NCBI GenBank assembly: GCA_038087875.1 | Contig: CM075989.1 | Span: 4,960,001 to 5,024,000, forward strand | Origin: Malacoraja senta | Taxonomy: Eukaryota | Direction: 5' to 3' | DNA length: 64,000 nucleotides | Part shown: one piece after another, positions 1-11,479 of the stretch | How the letters are laid out: each line of letters begins with the position of its first letter | How positions within the stretch are numbered: the stretch's first letter is position 1 | The notes under the pieces: model-generated | What the model was told of the DNA's origin: nothing | Seen by the model: the letters and a program-made list of their open reading frames with translations, nothing else | Database searches by the model: none | Translations under genes and position numbers: made by a program

Positions 1-323
1 CAATGCAGAACTAAACTATTTACAACAATAGCAATCTACATTGCCTGAATTTAATTTTGTCTCGAGATACAGCATGGAAGCAGCCCACTTCAGGCCTTTA
101 AGTCTGAAGAAGGGTCTCGTCCCGAAACGTCACCTATTCCTTTTCTCCAGAGCTGCTGTCTGACCCGCTGAGTTACGCCAGCTCTTTGTGTCTGTCTTCA
201 GCCCATCAAGTCCACACCAATCTGTAAGAAAGAACCGCAGATGCTGGTTTAAATCGAAAGTAGACACAAAATGCTGGAGTAAATCAGCGGGACAGGCAGC
301 ATCTCTGGAGAGAAGGAATGGGT

Positions 324-351
324 GACGTTTCGGGTCGAGACCCTTCTTCAG
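324..351 (-). ncRNA. Minimal type I hammerhead ribozyme motif in a Penelope-tail element
   Basis: Reverse complement is CTGAAGA-A-GGGT-CTCG-ACCC-GAAA-CG-TC: CUGANGA box, stem II, GAAA box, palindromic ACGU remnant of helix III, and GUC cleavage triplet. Confidence 0.7.
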
Positions 352-566
352 ACTTCAGTTGTCTGAACCCACTTGTTCACAAGGAGAAAGTACTAACTCC
401 GTACGGACAGCAACCGTGGTGAGGATTGAACCCGGGTCTCTGGGGCTGTAAGGCAGTAGCTCTACCACTGCGCCACCATGACGCCCAGATGTATTTCAAG
501 TCAAACAGATTAAAATTCTGAGCAGGCCAGAAAGCATTTGTAGAAAGAAAAACAGAATCAATATAT

Positions 567-1066
567 AGAAACATAGAAACATAGAAAATAGGTGCAGGAG
601 TAGGCCACTCGGACCTTCGAGCCTGCACCGCCATTCAATATGATCATGGCTGATCATCCAACTCAGTATCCTGTACCTGCCTTCTCTCCATACCCCTTGA
701 TCCCTTTAGCCACAAGGGCCACATCTAACTCCCTCTTAAATATAGCCAATGAACTGGCCTCAAGTACCTTCTGTGGCAGAGAATTCCACAGATTCACCAC
801 TCTCTGTGTGAATTTTTTCTCTCTCATCTCAGTCCTAAAAGACTTCCCCCTTATCCTTAAACTGTGACCCCTTGTTCTGGACTTCCCCACATCGGGAAAA
901 ATCTTCCTGCATCTAGCCTGTCCAACCCCTTAAGAATTTTGTAAGTTTCTATAAGATCCCCCCTCAATCTTCTAAATTCTAGCTCCTATACTCAAATCCT
1001 TTTGCTATGAATTCTAACATACCATTCACTTTCTTCACTGCCTGCTGCACCTGCATGCCTACTTTC
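567..1066 (-). mobile_element. CR1 LINE 3' end
   Basis: SRTRGHSLRIRG...QRVVNLWNSLP motif and ctatgttt tail repeats. Confidence 0.88.
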
Positions 1067-1315
1067 AATATTAAATTGATGATCCTGTCTGACCTGCTAA
1101 GTACTTTCCACTATTTCTGTTTTTAATTCAGATATCTAGTTATCTGCCTTGTGAATTTCTTGAAGAAACACGACAGGTTTTCAGATCTTTTTGATCATCT
1201 TGAAAATTAGTGTGTTTTGTTAAAATTGTAAAAAGTGTTGACTTGAAGAATATATTACTTCTAGATGCAATTGAGCAAAATCCTAAATTATTCCCGACCT
1301 GGATTCCATCTGGGG

Positions 1316-1620
1316 GGGCGGCACGGTGGCACAGCGGTAGAGTTGCTGCTTTACAGCATCTGAGACCCGGGTTCGATCCTGACTACAGCTGCCGTCTGTA
1401 CGGAGTTTGTACGTTCGCCCCGTGACCTGCGCGGGATTTCTCCGGGTGCTCTGGTTTCCTCCCACATTCCAGAGAACTTACATGTTTGTAGGTTAATTAG
1501 CTTCGGTAAAATTGTTAAATTGTCCCTAGTGCGTAGATAGTGTGTTTGGAGATCGCTGGTCGGCATGGACTCAGTGGGCCCAAGGGCCTGTTTCAGCGCT
1601 GAATTAAAATGAATAAAATT
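1316..1620 (+). mobile_element. tRNA-derived V-SINE (HE1-like), representative full copy
   Basis: Pol III A box (TGGCACAGCGG), B box (GGTTCGATCC), V-domain GGTTTCCTCCCACA and CR1-like tail. Further copies at about 2744-4010 (split), 14685-15000, 16914-17245 (x4), 25165-25445(-), 29436-29732, 32363-32645, 35305-35601(-), 52071-52370, 63025-63340(-) and 63735-64000. Confidence 0.88.
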
Positions 1621-1931
1621 AAAACATTGGATCACCATCTGGAATACAGTTGCGATCACATACTCTCTGATATTCTGTTGTAGAAATTATGGGATTTACC
1701 TATTTATTTCAATTCTGTCTATTTTTTCTTGGTATCTCCATGCATTGCATGCTCTGTTGTGTGGTTTTAACAGGAGATTAGTTTAACATGGCATCATATT
1801 AATGCAGGAGATTGTGGGCCACATGGCCTGTTCCTGTGCTATACTGTTCGATGTAAAAACAAGCAACTGCAGATGCTGGTTTACAAAAAGGAACACAAAA
1901 TTCTGGAGTAACAGTGGGTGAGGTCTTCAGA

Positions 1932-2612
1932 TTTCTTCCCAATCCTGTGTGTGTTATCCAAAAACGGAAGGTTTTCCTTGTGCTCAATGTTGAAAGTCTC
2001 CTTTATCATTTTAGAAGCATATTTCATAACATTCTCTCCTGCTTGTCCTTCCGGCAAACCAACAATTCGTAAATTCAATCGACGGCTTCTGTTTTCCAGG
2101 TCCATATTTGAAGTCTTATATTGCTGAAGTGCTCGAGTATTTTCATTCATTCTCCGGTCCAGTTTTTCAATCTTCAAATCTCTCTCCTGGCCCAGGGTTT
2201 GCAAGTTATCAATTTGTTCCTTTTGTTCATGGTTCCTCTTGTAACATAGACAGCTTTCCTTCAACTTCCTTCAATTTGCTCGAAACTCCTTTCACCATTT
2301 CTTCCAAACGGCCAAATCATGTTTTCATTTCATTTTTCAGTTCATTTTTCAATTCATCGTTCATTTTCGATATTGCTTCTATGACACTAGAGTCAGAAGC
2401 TGTGGCTGTGGTTGTGGCTTTCCCCTGTTCCTTCCTTGAGGAGCCTCCTTTCCTTCTTGTCTCCATCCTTTTCACGATTAAGGCGTGTAAAAGTGTTATC
2501 AACACTTTATGAAAAGTTAGACCGTGCCTTGAAGTCAAGTAGTCACGAGTAACATTGAAAGAGTGGTAAGTGAAGGTTAAAAGTTAAGGGAGCAAATGAA
2601 CTGCCACTAGGA
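1932..2612 (-). mobile_element. L1-clade LINE 5' fragment (5'UTR + ORF1 N-terminal part)
   Basis: Coiled-coil-like segment followed by DLENRSRRLNLRIVGLPEG (L1 ORF1 RRM entry motif) and THRIG. Flanked by a 12-bp direct repeat GAGGTCTTCAGA. Confidence 0.82.
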
Positions 2613-2803
2613 GAGGTCTTCAGACTCAGTCTGAGGAAGGGTCTGAGTGCAGGCTCGAAGGGCCGAATGGCCTACTCCTGCACCTATTTTCTATGTAAAC
2701 CAAAACGTCGCCTATCCACGTTCTCCAGAGATGCTGCCTGCTTGGGGCGGCACGGTGGCACAGTGGTAGAGTTGCTGCCTTACAACGTCAGAGATCCAGG
2801 TTC

Positions 2804-3773
2804 TTTTTTTTTTTTTTTTTTTTAATTTTTATTTATTTGAAGTACATTACATTACAACCACATACATTAATACTCGTCATTTATATCTTCTTACAATTAA
2901 TGTACTCCCTTTATTTATTTTTTTACACTAGAGAAAGAAAAGATTGAAAGAGAGAAGAAAGTGAAGGAAAAAGTGCAAGTGTAGAAAAGTGTAGAAAATG
3001 TAACAACAAAAAAGGACGAAGACCCTATAAGAGCGAAATTAAAAACAAAAAGAAAAAGAGTTAAGAAATAGGCCCAAAGAAAAGAAAAGAGAAAGAGAAA
3101 AAAAGAGAAACAAATGTTTTTTTTTTTTTGAGCATCACGTAAATAGGACATACCAACTCTTCAACTATCATCCCCCCTTACCCGACCTCAATTTTTTATT
3201 TTTTTAAAGTACTTTTGCACCCTATGTTTGTAATAATTCTATAAATGCAGACCACATCAGGTGGAAGTGATCTGGTTTACCTGCTAGGAGGAGTCTTATC
3301 TCTTCAAGGTGTAATGTTTCAAACATATTTGAAATCCACATATTTATAGTTGGTATTGGAGCCTTCTTCCAAAATTTTAGAATTAGCTTTTTTCCAGTTA
3401 TTAACCCATAGTCCATTAATTTCTTTTGAAACACATTTAGTTCTGGATCATCTTCCGTTATTCCGAAGATAATCCATTCTGCTTTGGGTATCAGTCTTGT
3501 TTTAAATAACTTTGTAAAGATTTCAAAAATTTCATTCCAAAATTTTTGAATTTTTGTACAGAAGACAAATGAGTGCGCTATAGTTGCTTCTTGGGATTGA
3601 CATTTATCACAAATAGATGATACGTTTGGGAAAATTTTATGAATTTTAGTTTTCGAATAATATAATCTATGTAAAATTTTAAATTGTATTAAAGTGTGTC
3701 TTACATTAATCGAGCATTTATGCACGTTTAATAAGTATTCATTCCAACTTTCCTTTGAAATTTTAATAGCTAA
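2804..3773 (-). mobile_element. 5'-truncated L1-clade LINE (ORF2 C-terminus, 3'UTR, polyA) inserted in a V-SINE
   Basis: QFKILHRLY...CDKC...HSFVFC (CCHC/zf-RVT); T-run at 2804-2823; 10-bp TSD ATCCAGGTTC (2794-2803 and 3774-3783). Confidence 0.9.
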
Positions 3774-4228
3774 ATCCAGGTTCGATCCTGACTACGGGTG
3801 CTGCCTGCACACAGTTTGTAAGTTCTCCCCATGACCGTGTGGGTTTTCTCCGGGTGCTTCGGTTTCCTCCCACATTCCAAAGACGTACAGATTTGTAGGT
3901 TAATTGGCTTCGGTAACAATTGTAAAATTGTCCCTAGTGCTAGTGTACGAGGAACGCTGGTGGGCGTGGACTCGGTGGGCTAAAGGGCCTGTTTTCATGC
4001 TGTATCTTTCAATGACTCATTTCAATGAATAATGAAGGCACTGTTTCCAGCTGATGGCTATGAATGGAAGAGGAAAAGCTCGGATGCAGTTTGCTCACAA
4101 CCTTAGCGTGGAACATGTTTGAGGAACTAACTACTCTGTTGCTGTTCTTGTCATCCTGCAGCTGTCTAATACTATTTCTATTTATTCTTTTCAGTGTTTA
4201 AAACCACTCCTGGACTTTCAGGGACAAA

Positions 4229-4240
4229 ATGGCTGAGACT
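4229..4240 (+). CDS. RLBP1: RLBP1 (cellular retinaldehyde-binding protein) first coding exon, MAET; the exon starts at 4195 with 5'UTR
   Basis: Acceptor ttcttttcag ends at 4194, then gacaaaATGGCTGAGACT and donor gtaagt at 4241. The 12 coding nt in phase 0 match the human RLBP1 first coding exon (MSEG). Confidence 0.8.
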
Positions 4241-5152
4241 GTAAGTATGCGATAAAACGCACATAATTCTGTTTTCATATTTCATTTCATTGCTTAACAA
4301 AGTAATGGAATATGAAGGGTTTATACTATAACCTATCACCCACTAACATAGCTAATTGTTTTTATCATAGATGAAAATTGTTGAAATATAACATCTTTGT
4401 AAAGTGTGGGCCCCGATGATGAATCCATGTCGATGTGTGTACATCAAACACCTCCCTTACCCCACCAACAATGACCGTATCTGGCCACATTGTGTGGAGA
4501 CACAGGGAACTGCAGACGCTATTTTACAAAGAGGAATTGTTCAAAGTGCTGGAGTAACTCAGCGGGTCAGGCAGCGTCTGTGGAGAAGATGGACAGGTGA
4601 TGTTTCAGGTTGTGACTCTTCCCAAAATGCCACCTAATCATGTTAGAGAGAAATGGAGTCAGTCATACAGCATGGAAATAAACCATTCGGCCCACCTTAT
4701 CCATGCCAGCCACAATGTCCCACTAATGCCAGTCTCACCTGCCTGCATTTGGCCCATATCCCTCTATTCATGTCCATGTTCCTGTCCAAATGTCTGTTAA
4801 ATGTTATTATTGAAGCTGCCTCAACTACCTCCTCTGGCAGCTCGCTCCATATACCACCACCATTTGTGTGAAAAAGTTGCCCTTCTGGTTCCTATCAAAT
4901 CTTTCCCCTCTCACCTTAAACCTTTGTCCTCCATTCTTGATTGCCCTGCCCTTGGAAAAAGACTGCATTCACCCTATCTATTCCACTCATGATTTTGTAC
5001 ATCTCTCATCCTCCTGTGCTCCAAGGAATAATGTCCCAGCCTGTTCTGCAGAGATGCTGCCTGTCCCGTTGAGTAACTCCAGCACTTTGTGTCTTCTGTC
5101 CTTGGTCACATTGTTTCGCAGCTGATAATTTCACTGTTATTTTTGTCTTTAG

Positions 5153-5284
5153 CAAACAGGAACATTCCGGATGGTCTCTGAGCAGGAGCAAGCGCTGCGC
5201 ACGAAACTTGACCACCTCTCCACCAAGGACCACGGGCCAGTGATTGGCAAATGTGACCTGCTGCCCCCTCACACACTACAGAAG
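5153..5284 (+). CDS. RLBP1: RLBP1 coding exon 2: [44 protein letters not shown]
   Basis: Acceptor ttttgtctttag, donor AAG|gtcagt, 132 nt. The translation closely matches the human CRALBP N-terminus ([43 protein letters not shown]). Confidence 0.95.
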
Positions 5285-5293
5285 GTCAGTCAG

Positions 5294-5966
<673 letters not shown>

Positions 5967-6361
5967 CACACTATTGCACACAATAAAATAATCTTGATAC
6001 ATGAGAGACATTACAGCAGATAACTGTCAAAGTGGAAGTTTCTACGCAGCCATGTAGACTAGAAAATATAAGTAGAGTCATAGAGATACAGCCCTGAAAT
6101 AGGCCCTTCGGTCCAACATACCTGTGCTGGCCCATGCCCCAGCTAAGCTAGTCCCATTTGCCCGTGTGGGCCTTAGCGATGCACATCCATCAAGAAAGGA
6201 AATTCCCGAGCACAGGTCAGAGGTGGTCGGTCATGACCACCAGTGGTGCCGACTCTAAGCTGGAGGTCACAAGAGGCCAACACACCTAGCCTGGAAGGTC
6301 CACAAAAATGCTGGAGAAACTCAGCGGGTGCAGCAGCATCTATGGAGCGAAGGAAATAGGC

Positions 6362-6389
6362 AACGTTTCGGGCCGAAACCCTTCTTCAG
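6362..6389 (-). ncRNA. Hammerhead motif, second subfamily (UUCG loop, GUU triplet)
   Basis: Reverse complement is CTGAAGA-A-GGGT-TTCG-GCCC-GAAA-CG-TT; identical core at 26734-26761. Confidence 0.62.
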
Positions 6390-6457
6390 ACTGATGTGAT
6401 TTAGTAGAGATGACAGGGAGGAGAGGCACACAACAGTGTCATTGAAGACAGACACAA

Positions 6458-6672
6458 TGTGTAGGAAGGAACTGCAGGTGCTGGTTTAAACCAAAGATAG
6501 ACACAAAAAGCTGGAGTAACTCAGCGGGACAGGCAGCATCTTTGGAGAAAAGGAATAGGTGACGTTTCGGGTCTGAAGAAAGGTCTCAACGTGAATCGTC
6601 ACCTATTCCTTTTCTCCAGAGATGCTGCCTGTCCCGCTGAGTTACTCCAGCTTTTTGTGTCTATCTTCAGTG
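6458..6672. mobile_element. Palindromic (head-to-head) Penelope-tail element
   Basis: 6494-6565 is nearly the reverse complement of 6597-6668. Similar palindromes occur at 31620-31806, 33953-34160, 35760-35890, 56990-57150 and 59340-59510. Confidence 0.78.
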
Positions 6673-7094
6673 TAATTTAAGCACGACACAACGTGGGTGG
6701 TGGGGATGTTGCAATTTGATTCAGGCTTGAGAAAGCACAAGTACTTTCGGCTTATTCATAAACTTTACTGTGTTTGTCAAAGACGCCAGGTAGATTGATA
6801 TAAAGACAATTATTATTTTGTTGTTTTTTGAGTATTTCACAAAACATCACAGCTCTACTCTACCACAAATGGTACGTTGCCATTTCTCATTCATTGCCAC
6901 AGGGTTACCTTTATCTTTTCAAGGCCAGTCACTGAACAAAGGTCATTTTCTTAGGCTGGAGAAAAACAACTGGCGACCTTTAAAGGTCAAGAAAATGAAT
7001 GTGCCGTCACAAGGCAGGAAGCAGCGGTGGTGTTAGCCACCGTCTGGAACAACATGGTCAGATACTGATGGACAAACATCCTCACTCAGGCACC

Positions 7095-7218
7095 GCACAC
7101 ACGCGCACACACACATGCACAAACACACACACGCATGCACACGCATGCACACGCACACACACGCACACACACGCACACACACACATGCACACACACACAC
7201 ACACACACACGCGCACAT

Positions 7219-7256
<38 letters not shown>

Positions 7257-7682
7257 ACATACACACACACACACACACGCATACACAACCACACACACAT
7301 GCACAAACACACACATGCATGCACACGCACACACACACATGCACAAACACACACATGCATGCACACGCACGCACACACACATGCACGTACACACGCACGC
7401 ATGCACACACACACACACAAACACGCATAGACACACACGCTCACACACAGACATGCAGCATCTTGACCTCAGCCTCATTCTCTGCCTCAGAGGGCGGTGG
7501 AGGCCGGTTCTCTGGGTGCTTTCAAGAGAGAGCCAGATAGGGCTCTTAAAAATAGCGGAGTCAGGGGATATGGAGAGAAGGCAGGAACGGGGTACTGATT
7601 GGGGATGATCAGCCATGATCACATTGAATGGCGGTGCTGGCTCGAAGGGCCGAATGGCCTACTCCTGCACCTATTGTCTATG

Positions 7683-7773
<91 letters not shown>

Positions 7774-7792
7774 ACACACAGACACAGACACA
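7095..7792. repeat. (CA)n-type microsatellite split by a CR1 3' end (~7480-7683)
   Basis: Seen directly in the sequence. Confidence 0.95.
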
Positions 7793-8288
7793 GAGGATGA
7801 AAGTCAAAATATGGCAGAAGCTGAGAATCTGAAATAAAGACAGAAGATGTAAACACTGAGCAGGTCGAAAAAGAAATGGAGTTATTAACATTTCCAGTTG
7901 GAACAAAGCTAGAAATGTATGTCCTTACTACTGACAATCAGTTTGGGTTCAAAAGAAAACATGGAACTGACCTGTGTAGCTATGCTCTTAAAGAGATTGT
8001 GTTCAGGTACACAAGCCTGAATTCATCTGTATTTTTATGTTTTATTGATGCGTCCAAGGCATTTGATAGAATTAATAGTAAGATTAAACGAGAACTTACC
8101 AGTTCGAAGTTTGATCATTATTTTATGAGGAGTACGTTGAGGGAATACGTGAAAGACCCCGCCAGGACGCATGCGTGTCATTCTTCAAAGCAGCGGTGTG
8201 AAATCACAGATAACTGTAATGACTGAACATAGTAAGATTAGAAAAGATGATACCAGTTGAATATATGATCAAGGGTGGGAGCGGAGGG

Positions 8289-8401
8289 CACGTATTCCCT
8301 CAACGTACTCCTCATAAAATAATGATCAAACTTCGAACTGGTAAGTTCTCGTTTAATCTTACTATTTTACTTCGGAGTCACGTGAGTGACTACGTGAAAG
8401 A
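8289..8401. repeat. DIRS internal complementary region (ICR)
   Basis: 8289-8366 is the exact reverse complement of 8074-8151, and 8364-8401 is the exact reverse complement of 12882-12919. The two halves overlap at ATT (8364-8366). Confidence 0.95.
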
Positions 8402-8565
8402 TTTCAAAGCTCTGTGATTTCATGCCGTGGAAACGAGTCCATGCATCACATCTGCCTTAATGACTATGGGAGGAATTGTGTTAACATGTTTAGACATGAA
8501 TACGACATTGAAATCCATGTTAAATTTATTAACACCAAATTATAGCCCCTATTTATGGGGTGAAA

Positions 8566-9555
8566 TTATATTACAGAACTTAAAATTGTTTCTGCAAACG
8601 TTCCAGATTTAATTACTGGTTTATGATAAAATAGTTGGAAAGTTTTCTCCGTTGACCATCCTGCTGTCTTGAGGATTTGGTCCATCGGAACATCCAACTG
8701 CATAGCTGCCGATGTAGCCCTGGTGAAATGAGATTTGAAAATGTTAGTATCCACCCCAGCCTTTAATAGAACCTGTTTCAGCCATCTTGAGATGGTCTGG
8801 ACCGTCACTTTTTTGTGAGGTTGCTTGTGGCTGATTAATAGTGCCATCTCTTTGCCTCTGATGATTTTTGTGTTCTCCATATATAGCAGTAAATGTCTTA
8901 CTATACAGAGACGATCATCTGTCGGGTAAGCCCTAAATTCTATATTGAGCCTAAATTCTATATTGAGGCCTGCTGACCCCTGTCTGTTCTGCTTGACTAA
9001 TTCATAAATATGACACGTTATATTTCCAGATGAAGAAGTCATGTTGTCCAGTCTTAATTTATGTAATGTCTGTACCCTTTGTGCCGTGACCAATGCCATC
9101 AGCATGACTGTTTTCAGTGTCAGTCTTTGTAGGGACAGTGTTTTTGCTGGAGACCAATTCCTTAGCATCGTCAGGACAATACTCACATCCCATATTTGGG
9201 AGTACCTGGTTCTTGGGGGATTGATATTAAAAATTCCCCTCATAAGTTTTGTTACCAGGGGGTGAGTTCCAACAGAATGACGCTCTGCTCCTTGGTATAG
9301 ATATGTTGACAGGGCACTTCTGGCGCAGTTGATGGCACTATAACTGAGCCCCTCATCGTAATGGAGGCCTGCCAGGAATTCCAGAACAGACAGGATGTTC
9401 CTGGATCTGTAGGTGATGTTGTTTCTGTGACAGTACATCTCCCATTTCCTGATGTATACCAGGTACTGTTTTTTGGTGGACTGTCTGTGGGCCGCTGAAA
9501 TAATGTTCACTGTTCGGTCCGTCAGTCCCAGTTGCAGTAGAGGTACTTTTAGACT
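8566..9555 (-). CDS. DIRS tyrosine recombinase (phage-integrase family)
   Basis: Catalytic pattern R (AQRVQTL), HxxR (SHFTR), W (AGWS), Y (FYHKP). The open frame extends up to 9555, right after a TAG. It carries an in-frame 18-bp duplication (LNIEFR x2). Confidence 0.92.
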   Translation of the reverse strand, partial: SLKVPLLQLGLTDRTVNIISAAHRQSTKKQYLVYIRKWEMYCHRNNITYRSRNILSVLEFLAGLHYDEGLSYSAINCARSALSTYLYQGAERHSVGTHPLVTKLMRGIFNINPPRTRYSQIWDVSIVLTMLRNWSPAKTLSLQRLTLKTVMLMALVTAQRVQTLHKLRLDNMTSSSGNITCHIYELVKQNRQGSAGLNIEFRLNIEFRAYPTDDRLCIVRHLLLYMENTKIIRGKEMALLISHKQPHKKVTVQTISRWLKQVLLKAGVDTNIFKSHFTRATSAAMQLDVPMDQILKTAGWSTEKTFQLFYHKPVIKSGTFAETILSSVI

Positions 9556-11470
9556 CTACAAATTAATAAGTTCATATGGTTATGACATGGGTGGCTTTCC
9601 CTTGTTACGGGATGAACCAGTAAATCTGGTCTACGCCAGATGGTGGTGCATGGTTCTAATACCATGTCGAGTATCACAGGGAACCATGGTTGAGTAGGCC
9701 AATCGGGTACTACCAAAATACCAGACGCAGAGTCTTGCTGTATTTTCCTTAATACCCGACTGATGAGGCAGAAAGGAGGGAATGCATAAATAAACAATTT
9801 CCCCCAATGCAGCGAAAATGCATCTGTCGCCGCTGCCCCAGGATCTGGTTCCCATGAAACATAGTTTGATAACTGGTGATTAAGCCTGGATGCGAATAGA
9901 TCGATATCTGGTGTTCCATACCATGCTGTAATATCAGCAAATACTTTTTTATCCAACATCCATTCAGTATTTTCATTAAATTTGCGTGACCTGGTGTCTG
10001 CCACTGAATTTAATTTACTTGGTAGGTAAGTGGCTGATATCCAAATATTTTTCTGGATACACCATTGCCAAATTGTGTTGGCCAGCTTGTCACATGATAT
10101 CGATTTGTTTCCACCCATGTGGTTGATATATGCTACCACCGTGGTATTGTCAATCTGTAGTCTAACATGCTGGTGATATAACCCAGAACAATATGACTTT
10201 AGTCCATAGAATGCACCCAACATTTCGAGGTAGTTTATGCCCAGTGTATGTAATAATGACGCCTCTTGTGCAGTCCATCTGCCTCCACAGCTGGAGATGG
10301 AATTGGTAGCACCCCAACCAAGTGCACTGGCATCAGTTTGTAGCACCATAGAAGGTTGTTGATAACGATTGGATTGGAACAATGCCGACTGTTATCTGTC
10401 CACCATTTTAGTTCCATTATGGCTTCGATTGGTAGCTTCATTGGTCTGTCAAAATGACCAGCATTAATTTTGAGTGCTCGTATTTTTGCCCTCTGTAAAT
10501 TTTGATAATGTAAAGGTCCAAATTGTGTGGCTGGAAAGGCAGCCACTATTTTGCCAATTATTCTTGCTACCAATCTGATGGATGGTTTACTGATGTCAAT
10601 GAGGTTATTGCAAGCCTCTATTAAGGCTATAGCCTTTTCCTTAGGCAAAGTCACCGACATGTGAACGGAGTTAATGGTGAACCCCAAATAATCCATTGTG
10701 GTGGAAGGGTTTAATTTAGATTTAACTGGATGGATGATAAACCCCAGTTTTTCAAATAATTGTTTTGTGGCTGTTACCGTTTCTTTGGCCAATTCCAAAG
10801 TTTTGCCCACAATAAGGATGTCATCTAGGTATGCCATCACCATGTGTTTTTATTTCCGCAGAAACGATAGAGCTGGTTTCAAAATTTTAGTGAACAGCCT
10901 AGGGGCTGATGTTAGCCCATTTGGTAGTGCTCTGTACTGCCAGAGCTGTCCCATCCAGTTAGAATTTTAAATAACATCTGTGTCACCTCGTATAGGAACT
11001 GAATAGTAAGCATCTTTTAAATCGATGCTAGCCATGAAGTAACCTTTGGAAATCAATTGTTTAGCAGTAACAAAGTTTCCATTTTGAAATGAATATATTG
11101 TACAAAAGTATTCAAATTTGTCAAATCTATGATGATGCGACAACCACCATCTTTGTTGGTTTTGGTAAAGATATGACACAAATTCCAGCGATTCGTGTTG
11201 GGTTTTTCATTACCCGTTTTGATTGAAGCCGCTCCAGTTCAGCATGTGCTTCTGATTTTTCTTTACCTGAAAGTACGAACATTCGGTTCGGTACATGCTG
11301 AACTGGAGGCTATGCTTGTGTATAAATTCTATGGTATATCCCTGGATACTGCTTAAAATATAAGTGTCTGTAGTTAACATACTCCATTCATCCAGAAAGA
11401 AGTGTAATCTCCCACCAACCTCCATACTCCCTGCAATTCGTAAGGAACCAGACCCACCTACCTCCATAGT
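9549..11470 (-). pseudogene. DIRS pol: reverse transcriptase + RNase H + Dam-like N6-adenine methyltransferase domain, frameshifted
   Basis: RT motifs SIDLKDAY and YLDDIL; RNase H motifs TDASALGWG, INYLEM and IDNTT; methyltransferase motifs DIDLFAS and YAFPPF. These are spread over several frames (ORFs 10967-11179, 10235-10843, 9549-10382). Confidence 0.9.
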
Positions 11471-11479
11471 TACCAGTGG

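Noticed and set aside
1316..1385. tRNA genes at GGTTCGATCC motifs
   Set aside because: These are tRNA-derived SINE heads continuing into the V-domain; there is no complete cloverleaf.
8566..10382. Phage integrase plus Dam methylase suggesting a prophage or bacterial contamination
   Set aside because: Both are standard DIRS1 domains, linked here to RT/RNase H, ITRs and ICR and embedded in vertebrate repeats.
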